Of a stretch of 64,000 nucleotides of DNA, positions 47,925 through 57,300 are shown one piece after another; within the stretch, counting starts at the first letter, position 1; each line of letters opens with the position of its first letter. The DNA is from Candidatus Amphirhobacter sp. GTDB taxonomy: Bacteria; Pseudomonadota; Gammaproteobacteria; Tethybacterales; Tethybacteraceae. The notes beneath the pieces are model-generated. The model ran no database searches. It had not been told where the DNA came from and saw nothing but the letters and a program-made list of their open reading frames with translations. A program made the translations under genes and the position numbers. The stretch spans positions 1,529,537 to 1,593,536 of the forward strand of contig OZ244940.1 of assembly GCA_965222035.1 (NCBI GenBank). Direction: 5' to 3'.

Positions 47925-49504
47925 AGATGCACGGGCTGCGGAAGGACCTTGGCGGAGTTCTGCCAGTTGGGTTCCTCATAATACATTGAAGTGTAGTCGT
48001 CGATGTAGATCGGCGCGTCCCTGATGTCTTTGTAAATCCTGACATGCCCTATTTCCTTGGAGAGAATGTAATTTTCATGACGTATCTCGCCATAGGTGAT
48101 GATGTGTGAGAACAGTTTCTGGTCCGGGTGCTTGAGTTGGGCGTAGTAAAGCTTAAACTGATCATAGATGGGAACATTGCGATGCATATAGTAGTAGTTG
48201 AAATTATTATCAGTGAAGTATACGCCCTCCAAATCATCTTGCTCATGCAGCCAGGCGATGCCGGCGAAGAAGTCGGGAGTGTTGTGCAGGTAGCCGAGCT
48301 GATCGATGCCTTTGTCGAAAGCACCGACCTTGTAGATCCAATTATCTTTGATGACGCCGATTGCGACCAGCATGCCGAAGGCCAGCTGGATGCCAATCAG
48401 GCCGTGGGCCAGGCCAAGGCGATACCGGCGCAGCTTGGCATGGCGAAAGATCAACAGCCAGGCGGCGGCCGGCATCCACAAAAACAGCAAGGGCGCCACA
48501 TAGCGGAACTCCTTGTGGACGGTCAGCATGTGCGGCAGCAGGATGGACAGGGCCATCAGCATGGTCAGCAGATGCAGGCGCGGACGCCACAGCCAGGCGA
48601 GGACAGCGAGCAGGATGTAGCCAGCTGTGATGAACAGCAGCCGCTGCGGATAGAAGATCTCGCCGCCGCCGGTGTGGAAACCCTCCGGCGGGTTGAGGTT
48701 CCACAGAATGTGCATGTAGATTGAATTGAATATGCGGCCCCAGGTGAGGAAATCCAGCAAGCCGTAGGCGAGTATGGCCAGCAGTCCGCCCGCGAGTGAG
48801 CGCAGGGCCCAGCGCGCGGGCATGACGACGGCGACCGCCAGCCACAGGATGCCGAGCGCCGGCAGGTAGAGGTAGCGCAGGAAGGCAGCGACGCCGAGCA
48901 TGATGCCGAACAGCCAGGCGCCGGCGTCGCCGCGGATGAACGGGCGGGCGGCCAGGCCCATGGCCGCCGCCAGCACCACGCTGGACAGCATGCCGGTCAG
49001 GGTCTTGGCCGCGAAGGCCAGCAGATAGAAGTTGACGACGCCGAGCAGCAGCGCGATCCTCCCGGCGGCCTCGCCGTGCTGGTGCCGGGTGAAATGGTAC
49101 AGCCCCCAGGGGATCAGCAGTGAGAAAACACAGAAGAATGCCTCGACGAAGGGGACGTAGTAAGCGGGGTGGTCGATGCCCAGCCACTTGAACGGCAGCA
49201 GCAGCGCCGCGACGATGCCCGGCAGCAGATAGCTGCGCGCGCCCCAGTGCCACTCCCAGGTCACCAAGCTGTAGCCGAACGCCAACCTGTGGCCCTGTTC
49301 CAAATACTGCTGCAGCTCGTCCGGATAGGAGACGAAGTCCGAGAACATATGCAGCCCGAGCCGCAGCAGCAGCGCTGCGGCCAGGCAATGCGGCAGGTAG
49401 CGCCAGGACGGCTGGACCGTCGCGCCTGGCGCTTGGTACAGGTTGAGGCTGCGCAGGCGATCTATCAGTACTAGCATCGTGGGTAGCAGCCGCTTGTCCG
49501 CCAA
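47921..49504 (-). CDS. GT-C membrane glycosyltransferase, GT22-like, array copy 10 (promoter-proximal)
   Basis: YPDELQQYLEQGHRLAFGYSLVTWEWHWGARSYLLPG. The TTG start at 49504 is preceded by TATAAAAT. An alternative ATG at 49477 aligns with the paralog N-termini (MLVLIDRLRSLNLYQAPG). Confidence 0.65.
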   Translation of the reverse strand: MADKRLLPTMLVLIDRLRSLNLYQAPGATVQPSWRYLPHCLAAALLLRLGLHMFSDFVSYPDELQQYLEQGHRLAFGYSLVTWEWHWGARSYLLPGIVAALLLPFKWLGIDHPAYYVPFVEAFFCVFSLLIPWGLYHFTRHQHGEAAGRIALLLGVVNFYLLAFAAKTLTGMLSSVVLAAAMGLAARPFIRGDAGAWLFGIMLGVAAFLRYLYLPALGILWLAVAVVMPARWALRSLAGGLLAILAYGLLDFLTWGRIFNSIYMHILWNLNPPEGFHTGGGEIFYPQRLLFITAGYILLAVLAWLWRPRLHLLTMLMALSILLPHMLTVHKEFRYVAPLLFLWMPAAAWLLIFRHAKLRRYRLGLAHGLIGIQLAFGMLVAIGVIKDNWIYKVGAFDKGIDQLGYLHNTPDFFAGIAWLHEQDDLEGVYFTDNNFNYYYMHRNVPIYDQFKLYYAQLKHPDQKLFSHIITYGEIRHENYILSKEIGHVRIYKDIRDAPIYIDDYTSMYYEEPNWQNSAKVLPQPVHL

Positions 49505-49529
49505 TGCTGAATTTTATAAAATGTTAGTT

Positions 49530-49543
49530 GCCTGCTTGCAGGC
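49530..49543 (+). promoter_or_regulatory. Inverted repeat GCCTGC-TT-GCAGGC in the divergent promoter region between the GT array and the transporter gene
   Basis: Read directly from the sequence. It lies 10 nt upstream of the transporter ATG, and no SD is visible. Confidence 0.25.
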
Positions 49544-49552
49544 GCATTTGCT

Positions 49553-50710
49553 ATGAACACCGTCGTCATCCGCCAGGGCCTGAGCCAGATTTCGCAGAAT
49601 TTCAGCGCGGGCAAGAGCATGGCCGGCATCGGCCTGGTCGGGCTGTTCTTCCTCGGCGAGACCGCCCATGAGGCCGTCAAGACCTCGCTGGTGGACGCTT
49701 ACCTGCAGGTCAGCGTCTTCGTCGCCGCGACCCTCGCCTTCCTGTTCCTGCTCGAGCGCATCGGACGGACCAACCTCGAGCACATCATGCGCCGCTTCCG
49801 GCATCTGCAGATTCCGCTCGCCGCGGTGCTCGGCGCCATCCCCGGCTGCGGCGGCGCGATCATGGTGACCACCCAGTACATCCGCGGCTCCATGAGCTTC
49901 GGCGGCGTGGTGACCGTGCTGGTCGCGACCATGGGCGACGCGGCCTTCCTGCTGCTGGCCAAGGAGCCGGGAACCGCGCTGCTGGTCTTCGCCACCTGCT
50001 TCACCGTCGGCATCGTCTCGGGCCTGGTGGTCGACGCCATCCACGGCCGCGACTTCCTGCGCATCAAGGACGACGGCTACGCTGACGAGGAGGAGCTGAT
50101 CGTCGAGAACGAACTGCTGACGCCGATGTACTACGTCTGGATGGCCTGCTTCATCCCTGGCGCGGCCGCCGGCCTGCTGCTGGCGTTCCAAATCGATCCC
50201 GCCGCGCTCAGCTCCGCTTGGCTCGGCGTCGACCTGGTCACCGCCCTGGCGCTGACCGCCGCGCTGCTGTCGGTGTTCATGTGGGCGGTCAATCCCATCT
50301 CCGACTTCAGGCTGTTCACTTCGAGCACGCGCTCGTTCAACCGCCGCGTCTGCGACACCACCAACTTCGTGACCTTCTGGGTCATTGTCGGCTACGTCGC
50401 CTACGAGCTCGCGGTCGGCATCCTCGGCCTGGACCTGCGCACGCTGTTCGGCAGCTGGCTGCCGCTGCTGCCGCTGATTGCGACGCTGGTCGGCTTCGTC
50501 CCCGGCTGCGGTCCGCAGATCGTGGTGACCACGCTGTACCTCAACGGCATCATCCCGCTGTCGGCGCTGATGGCGAACGCCATCTCCAACGACGGCGACG
50601 CTTTGTTCCCCACCATCGTCGCCGCGCCCCGGGTCGCGATCCTCGCGACGCTGTATTCGGGCGTGCCGGCTCTGATCATCGGCTACGGCTTCTACTTCCT
50701 GTTCGAATAA
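49553..50710 (+). CDS. Polytopic membrane protein with an internal duplication (possible heavy-metal/arsenical permease-like transporter)
   Basis: Two homologous halves each carry a PGCG-x3-VTTxY motif (IPGCGGAIMVTTQY / VPGCGPQIVVTTLY). There are 10-12 predicted TM helices. Confidence 0.45.
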   Translation: MNTVVIRQGLSQISQNFSAGKSMAGIGLVGLFFLGETAHEAVKTSLVDAYLQVSVFVAATLAFLFLLERIGRTNLEHIMRRFRHLQIPLAAVLGAIPGCGGAIMVTTQYIRGSMSFGGVVTVLVATMGDAAFLLLAKEPGTALLVFATCFTVGIVSGLVVDAIHGRDFLRIKDDGYADEEELIVENELLTPMYYVWMACFIPGAAAGLLLAFQIDPAALSSAWLGVDLVTALALTAALLSVFMWAVNPISDFRLFTSSTRSFNRRVCDTTNFVTFWVIVGYVAYELAVGILGLDLRTLFGSWLPLLPLIATLVGFVPGCGPQIVVTTLYLNGIIPLSALMANAISNDGDALFPTIVAAPRVAILATLYSGVPALIIGYGFYFLFE

Positions 50711-50732
50711 GCGCGCCCGGCCCGGGCGCGAG

Positions 50733-52166
50733 CTAGACTTCGGTGCCCCCGACGAGCATCTCGTCGACCTTGCAGTGAGGCTGGCCGACGCCGACCGGCA
50801 CCCACTGGCCATCCTTGCCGCACATGCCCTGGCCGGGGTCGAGCTCGAGATCGTTGCCGACCATTGACATCTTCATCATGGACTCGGGCCCGTTGCCGAT
50901 GATGGTGACGTCCTTGAGACTGGGGCCCGGCTTGCCCTTCTCGATCAGATAGGCCTCGCTGACGTTGAAGTTGAAGTTGCCGTTGGTGATGTCGACCGAG
51001 CCGCCGCCGAAGCTCTTGCAGTAGATGCCGCGCTCGACCGAGGCGATGATCTCCTCCGGCGCGAGCTCGCCCGCGAGCATGAAGGTGTTGGTCATGCGCG
51101 GCATGGGCTCGTGGCGATAGGACTCCCGCCGGCCGTTGCCGGTCGGCGCGACGCCGGTCAAGGCCGCGTTGACCGCGTCTTGCATGTAGCCCTTGAGGAT
51201 GCCGTCCTCGATCAAAACGTTGCGGGCCGAAGGCGTGCCCTCGTCGTCGCAGCTGAGCGAGCCGCGCCGGTCCGGCAGGGTGCCGTCGTCGACGACGGTC
51301 ACGCCGGCGGGCGCCACGCGCTCGCCGATGCGACCGCTGAAGGCCGATTGCCCCTTGCGGTTGAAATCGCCCTCCAGGCCGTGGCCGACCGCTTCGTGCA
51401 GCAGGACGCCGGCCCAGGCGTTGCCGAGCACCACCGGCAGCATGCCGCCGGGCGCCGGCTGCGCCCGCAGGTTGACGTCGGCCAGGCGCAGGGCCTCGTC
51501 CACCAGGGCGTCGAGCGTGGCTTCAGCGCAGCAGTCCTCGAGCGAGCCGCGCCGGCCCTTGGCCGCGCCGCCGATCTCGACCCGCTCCCCCTCCTTGACG
51601 AAGACCGCGACGTTGACGCCCACGAGCGGGCGCAAATCGCTGCGGACCTCGCCGTCGCCGCGGCAGACCATCACGGCCGCATGCTCCATGCTGAGCGAGG
51701 CCCGGACGTTGAAGACCCGCTTATCGCGCCGGGCCCGTTCATCGAGATGCTGCAAGATGGCGATACGGCGCTCTTCGGGCAGCACGAGCGGATCGTCGCC
51801 GGCGTAGCGCGGAGTCGCCTTGCCCGGCGCGGGCAGCTCGACGCGCTCGCTGCCGCCGGTGACGAAGGGCAGGCCCTCGGCCACCGTCCGGCCCAGCTGC
51901 GCGAGGGTGTCGGCTTGAATCAAGTCGGCGCAGGTGAGTACCTTGGCCTCGCCACTGACGGCGCGCAGCGCCATGCCCTGCTCCACGCCGAAGCCGCCGG
52001 CGTCGATGCGTCCTTCGTTCAGGCTCCAGGATTCCTCGCGCGTCCGCTCGAGATACAGGTCGGCGAAGTCCGCGTCCTTGCCCTGGACGGCCGCGACCGC
52101 GTCGATGAGACGCTCGGCGTCGAGGTCGGCATGGGCGAGCAGCAGTTCGCTGGCGGTGATGGTCAT
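50733..52166 (-). CDS. tldD: Metalloprotease TldD
   Basis: HExxxH-type motif HEAVGHGLEGDFNRKG and the C-terminal TldD/PmbA domain. The start is set at MTITASELL. Adjacency to a yhdP-like gene resembles the E. coli rng-yhdP-tldD arrangement, although here a C-N hydrolase and ATPase paralog A2 lie between them. Confidence 0.85.
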   Translation of the reverse strand: MTITASELLLAHADLDAERLIDAVAAVQGKDADFADLYLERTREESWSLNEGRIDAGGFGVEQGMALRAVSGEAKVLTCADLIQADTLAQLGRTVAEGLPFVTGGSERVELPAPGKATPRYAGDDPLVLPEERRIAILQHLDERARRDKRVFNVRASLSMEHAAVMVCRGDGEVRSDLRPLVGVNVAVFVKEGERVEIGGAAKGRRGSLEDCCAEATLDALVDEALRLADVNLRAQPAPGGMLPVVLGNAWAGVLLHEAVGHGLEGDFNRKGQSAFSGRIGERVAPAGVTVVDDGTLPDRRGSLSCDDEGTPSARNVLIEDGILKGYMQDAVNAALTGVAPTGNGRRESYRHEPMPRMTNTFMLAGELAPEEIIASVERGIYCKSFGGGSVDITNGNFNFNVSEAYLIEKGKPGPSLKDVTIIGNGPESMMKMSMVGNDLELDPGQGMCGKDGQWVPVGVGQPHCKVDEMLVGGTEV

Positions 52167-52200
52167 GGGCGCGGCAGGGATTTTACGCTTGCGCCCGCAT

Positions 52201-53007
52201 TCACAGCACTCGGCTGGCTTCGACCGGCAGCTTGTCCCGCACCGCCGCCAGCGCCGCGAGGTCCAGCCGTACGCGCAATACGCCGGGATCGCCCTCGAGC
52301 TCGGCGATGACTTTGCCCCACGGGTCGATCGCCTGCGACCGGCCCCAGGTGCGCAGGCCGCCGGCATGCTCCCCGCATTGGGCCGCGGCGAGCACGAAGC
52401 ACTGGTTTTCGATGGCGCGCGCCCGCAGCAGCACCTGCCAATGGTCCCGGCCGGTCGTCCGGGTGAAGGCCGCGGGGACCAGGGTCACGTCACAGGAGCC
52501 CAGCTGGCGGTACAGCTCGGGAAAGCGCAGGTCGTAGCAGACCGACAGGCCAATCCGTCCCAGCGGCGTCGCCAGGGCCACAACCTGCTTGCCCGCCTCG
52601 TACTCCTTGGTCTCGTCGTACTCGCGCGTCGGCGCGCTGAAGCGGAACAGGTGGATCTTGTCGTAATGACCTAGGACTGATCCATCGGGCCCATATAGGA
52701 TGGAGCGGTTCAGCGGCAGCTTGCGCCCCTTGATCAGCAATGATCCGGCAGCGAGATAGACGCCCCGGCGCGCAGACTGCTCCGCGAGGAAATCCTGCAC
52801 CGGCCCGCTCCCCGGCTCCTCGGCCGCTGCTAGCTTGGCGGCCGGGTCCGCGCCCATGCATGCGAACATCTCCGGCAGGCAGACCAGTTCGGCGCCGCTG
52901 TCGGCGGCCGCGCTGATGAGGCTCTCGGCCTCGGACAGGTTCGCCGCGATCTCGGCGCCCGAGCTCATCTGGCACAGCGCGGCCTCGATCGTAGCCCGCT
53001 TGCTCAT
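52201..53007 (-). CDS. Carbon-nitrogen hydrolase family protein (omega-amidase/nitrilase-like)
   Basis: Catalytic triad context: E (LVCLPEMF), K (YDKIHLF) and C (GLSVCYDLRFPE). Confidence 0.85.
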   Translation of the reverse strand: MSKRATIEAALCQMSSGAEIAANLSEAESLISAAADSGAELVCLPEMFACMGADPAAKLAAAEEPGSGPVQDFLAEQSARRGVYLAAGSLLIKGRKLPLNRSILYGPDGSVLGHYDKIHLFRFSAPTREYDETKEYEAGKQVVALATPLGRIGLSVCYDLRFPELYRQLGSCDVTLVPAAFTRTTGRDHWQVLLRARAIENQCFVLAAAQCGEHAGGLRTWGRSQAIDPWGKVIAELEGDPGVLRVRLDLAALAAVRDKLPVEASRVL

Positions 53008-53051
53008 TGGGATCTATTCCTTTGGCTTAACGAGGTTTGGCTTGGCGCGCA

Positions 53052-54215
53052 TCAGGCGTGATCCCGCTTGTATTCTTCCTTGAAATAATTGAAGAATGAC
53101 GGAATCGCCGGGCCTACCCTGCGGGAGCTAGGTTGCCAAAACAAGCCAGCATCCAGCAGCTGGTTGTAGATTTCAAAAATGCGTTGCTCGCCCAAGTCGG
53201 TGCCTTCCGCCAGGGAGGTACGCACTTGCGCAGGCGTTAGGGGCTCAGGCGCGGCCTCAATGGCCGCCACCGCCTTCATCCCATGTTCCACCAAGTGGGC
53301 GGTTTCGATGATCTCGTAGATCGATTCGTAAAAATCATCGCGTTGTTTGTGCACGGCTTGCTCTACGCTCCGCACCAAGTCCACATCCACCTTCGCGGCG
53401 CCCTTCTTGGCCTTCCAGACTTCACTGCCCACGATCTGGGTGAAATAGGGATAATTGTCGGTCCAGCTCACCATCAGCTCCAGCGCCTCGCCCGCCACCA
53501 TCACGCCGCGGTCCTGGAATGGCCTGCCTAAGGCCTCGCGCGTCGCAGCGGGCTCCAGAGCATTGATGTTGATGTCCCTAGAGCGGTGAATGAAGCCCGC
53601 CTTCACCTGAATTAAGCGTGAGTTCAATGCCGGTGTCCCCACCAGTACCAATGCCAGCGGCCATCCTGATCTGGCTAGGAGCTGATACTGATTAAGCATC
53701 AGGTCCAGCATGTCCAAATCGTAATGTATGACATCGTCCAGCACCAGCATCAGCGGACGGAAACGCAGGCGTATCGCCAGGATCCTCTCGAACTCCAGCG
53801 CCGGCTTCCCAGGCTGCCAGTCCAGTGCCCACTGAAGATAATCGCTCTCCCAAGCTGGGATCTGCTTCCGGTCCAAGCCTGGGATGTCGGCCAGTTTGCT
53901 CAGGAGCGCGGAGAGCGCATCATCTGAATCGGCATTCGGCTCATGGGACAGGCGCACGAAATCGGCATCCAGGGACTCAGCTTCGCGCCGCGCCCAGTCC
54001 AACAGCGCCATCTTGCCCATCCCGCGCGGGCCGACGATTTTCAAATGCTGCGGTGGCCGGCCGCGCAAAGGGCCGTAGTCTTTTTCCCGCTCGCCGCAGA
54101 TATCGGCCAGCGACCGCTTGATCAAGGACTGCTCTGGCTCCCGCCCCGCCAGATGATCGGGTACTGAGCCTGAGCCTGTGTAAAACGGATTGCCCGCAGT
54201 CTGTTCTTCCGTCAT
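53052..54215 (-). CDS. P-loop NTPase of the Arch_ATPase/AAA_16-like family (paralog A2)
   Basis: NPFYTGSGSVPDHLAGREPEQ, Walker A GPRGMGKMALL, Walker B LMLVLDDV and C-terminal AIPSFFNYFKEEYK. It is the closest relative of paralog A1 (1087..2283). Confidence 0.7.
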   Translation of the reverse strand: MTEEQTAGNPFYTGSGSVPDHLAGREPEQSLIKRSLADICGEREKDYGPLRGRPPQHLKIVGPRGMGKMALLDWARREAESLDADFVRLSHEPNADSDDALSALLSKLADIPGLDRKQIPAWESDYLQWALDWQPGKPALEFERILAIRLRFRPLMLVLDDVIHYDLDMLDLMLNQYQLLARSGWPLALVLVGTPALNSRLIQVKAGFIHRSRDININALEPAATREALGRPFQDRGVMVAGEALELMVSWTDNYPYFTQIVGSEVWKAKKGAAKVDVDLVRSVEQAVHKQRDDFYESIYEIIETAHLVEHGMKAVAAIEAAPEPLTPAQVRTSLAEGTDLGEQRIFEIYNQLLDAGLFWQPSSRRVGPAIPSFFNYFKEEYKRDHA

Positions 54216-54375
54216 GTCTGTATTTTAATCCCGCAGCGTATTGATTGCCAAGAAAAGGGAACTAATGCATGCGACTTCACGGCTTTGATCCGGAGCATGG
54301 ACGGCCAAGCATCCGTTTCCCAAACAGCTAGCTCGTCTTAGCGGAATCCGTGAAGTTAAAGGAACAATCCCCCGC

Positions 54376-57300
54376 TCATTCGCCCGGCGTCTGGGTGATG
54401 ATCTCCGGCTCGTCCCAGGTGCCGGTCACCTTGTAGTTGAAGTTCGGGCGCCCGAGCAGCGGCGCGTCGAGCACGTTGCCGAACACCAGCAGGATCGCGC
54501 CCGCCAGGGGATTGACGAAGGAGACCGCGCCGGCGGTCAAGGTGTCGGTCGCCGCCAGCTCCACGCTGTAGTCGATGTCGTTGGTTTCGGCGATTATGTC
54601 GGTCGATCCCGATGCGCTGATGTCGACCTCGTCGCCTTCCATCTCCAGCTGGTTGATCAGCAGCAGCCCGTCGGCGAAGGCGAACTGCCCGTTCGCGCTG
54701 TCGAAGCGGGTGCCCTCGAGGTCGAGGTCGGACAGGGTGTTGAGCAAGGTGAACGGCGACAGCAGGTTGAGCAGCCGCACGCCGCCGGAGCCGCGGGTGA
54801 TGATGATGTCTTCCGCCGTGAAGTTCAGCGTCCCACGCAGCGATGGATAGTGCGGGCTGAACAGGTCGTCCCTCCAGCTCAGCAGCCCGGTGACCTGGCC
54901 CGCGCCCTCGGTGACGCTGTCGCTGTCGAGCTGCCGGGAGACGAACTCCTGCAGCTGCGGGACCACGATGTCCACCGTCAGCGCCGTGTACGGATGAGCG
55001 GTGTCGGTACCGCCAGCGACGCTGAAGGATGTGGAAGCCAGGCGCCAGGCCGCGCTCGCCTCCATCCAGCTCCCGTCCCGGGGCTCGAGCAGCAGGCGGA
55101 TGTCGCGGTAGGTCTTGTCCTTGTACTCGAACACATCGATGCGCGCGTCCAGCGCCGGCAGCGCCGGCGTGGGCGCGCCGGCCGCTATCTCCTCGCCTGG
55201 CTCTTCAGCAGGCGCGGGCACGCTCAGGCGCGCCATGCTGATCAACACGGTCCCGCCGGGGCCGATGCGCGCAGCCCCGTCGAGGATCTCCGATGTCAGG
55301 TACGCCGTCGTCAGGGTAGCAGCTATGGTCGCGCGCACGTCGAGATTGGCATGCTCGAACTTGAGCAGCCGCGCCCGGGGCAGGGAGACCGCGATGTCCA
55401 GCGGATAGTGCGGCGCCAAGGCGTCCTCGTCCCCGCCAGCGCTGAGCAGGGCGTCGATGTCGATGCCGGCGACCTCGCCGCGGATGCGAGTGCCCGCCGC
55501 CGGCGCCGGGGGTACCTCGCCGTCCGGGCCGAAGGCAAGCGCCGCGCCGCCGGCCTGTGGCAAGCGCGCGCGCAGCAGGCCGTCGTCGTAATCGAGCATG
55601 GTGGCGTCAGGGCCCACGCTGATGCGCAGCGGACGCTCGCTGGCCGCGTCCTTGCCGAACGGCGCCGGCAGGCGCAGGGAGGTGCCCTGCATCCCGGAAG
55701 CCAGGCTGAAGTCGCCGTCGACGTAACTGGCGGTCACTGCGCTGGTCCCCTGCAGCTCCAGCGCCGTCGGCTGTCCGAGGTCCGCCAGCGCCTGCCGCAG
55801 GTCGTAAAAACCCCGCAGCCGCAGCCGCTCGCGGTCGTCGGCCAAGGCCAAGGAGAGCACGACGTTGCTCCCCAGCACCTTGCCGCCGAGGAGGCCGCTC
55901 ACGCCGCCGTCGCGGATCGTCAGGCGTCCGCCGAGCCCGCTGGCCGTCAAGGTAGCTGGCATGTAGACCGCGGCGCTGCCATCACCCATCTCGAGCGCGC
56001 CGACCACGCTGGGCTCGCCCTCGGTCACGGGTACCGCGACGGTCAGCAGCAGGCGCTGCGTGCCAAACGGCTGGATGACGCCCAGCAGCTCCTGCGCCTT
56101 GGCGCGGGTCGGCGGCAGCTGCAGCAGCACCGCGCCCAGGCCGTCGTTCGGCAGCATGGCGTCCAACGCGACATGGATGGTGATCAGATCCGCTTTGAGA
56201 TCGTCAATGCCGACGCGCGCGACGCGCAGGTCCGCGTCCGCCGTCGCGCCCTCGACGATCGTCAGGGCGAAGCGCGTGCCCTCGATGCCGAACTTGGCCG
56301 CAGCGTCGGTCAACACCGGATAGCCGTCGGCGTAGTCGAGCTCGGCGTCATAGACGTTGACCCCGATCGCGAAGCGCCCCCCGCCGTCCGGCCAGGGAAA
56401 GCCGCGGGCGTCGGAGCCGGCGACGATGATGGTCTGCATGTTCGCGCGCCCGGCGCGCAGGCGCTCGCGCAGGTAGGCCACCCCGTCCTCGCTCAGCGAG
56501 CGCGGCATCAGGTTTACGATGGTCTCGAAATCGCCCTCGGGCGCGCCGCCGACCAGGTTGACTGCGAGCAGCCCTTCCGTACCCTGCGCCAGGTCGAGCT
56601 CAAAACGGCCCACGCCGACCGGGCCGGTCAGCCGCGTGTCGTCCGCCCGCAGGTTCCAGCTATCCGCATTCCAGCGAAAGCCGCCGCTGCTCTCGACCCG
56701 CGCCAGGTCGAGCTGCCCGTCGAGGAAGATCGTCGGCAACAGCAGCTGCATCGCATTGGTGTCCAGCCGCCACTGGCCGGCGACCTGCCGCGTCGGCTCG
56801 AAGGCATCTGCGACCCGCGCGCTCATTTCCATGCTGGATAAGCCGACCGACACCGTCATCGCTAGCGGCGCGGCGTCGCTGGCGTAGGACCCGGCCGGCG
56901 CCTGGGCGCGGGCGTAGATGTTGATGTGGGCACTGCGCTCGACATCGCCCCAGATCCTGATGCTCAGCCCCTCGGCCTCCTGCGGCAGGTCCAGGCGCCG
57001 CAGCAGCGGACCCGCTTTGCTGATGTCCGCGTAGAAGTCCAGTTGATCGCCAGCCTCATCGTCGCGCTCGAGGTCGAACCGGCCTTCATAGGCCCAGGGC
57101 GCGCCGCCCAGGGACTTGAATGACAGCTGCAGCGCGCCGTCGTCAGTCGTGCGCAGGGCGAAATTGGTGCCCGGCAACAGCACCGGCTCGCTCTCGGCGT
57201 CCAGCGCATAGCTCACATTCGCATCGGTCGCGATGAACAGCTCCGGGACCGGCAGCTGCGGCTGCCCGCCGCCGGCCGGCAGCCGGCGCAGCAGCTGCGG

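Noticed and set aside
33769-49504. 1.57-kb periodic repeat considered as a CRISPR array, satellite or IS array
   Set aside because: The period is a full-length protein-coding gene (a GT-C glycosyltransferase paralog). There are no short direct repeats with unique spacers and no transposase or inverted terminal repeats.
54850-56841. 663-aa plus-strand ORF inside the yhdP-like gene
   Set aside because: It is antisense to a 1116-aa AsmA-family gene and has a low-complexity R/A/G-rich translation.
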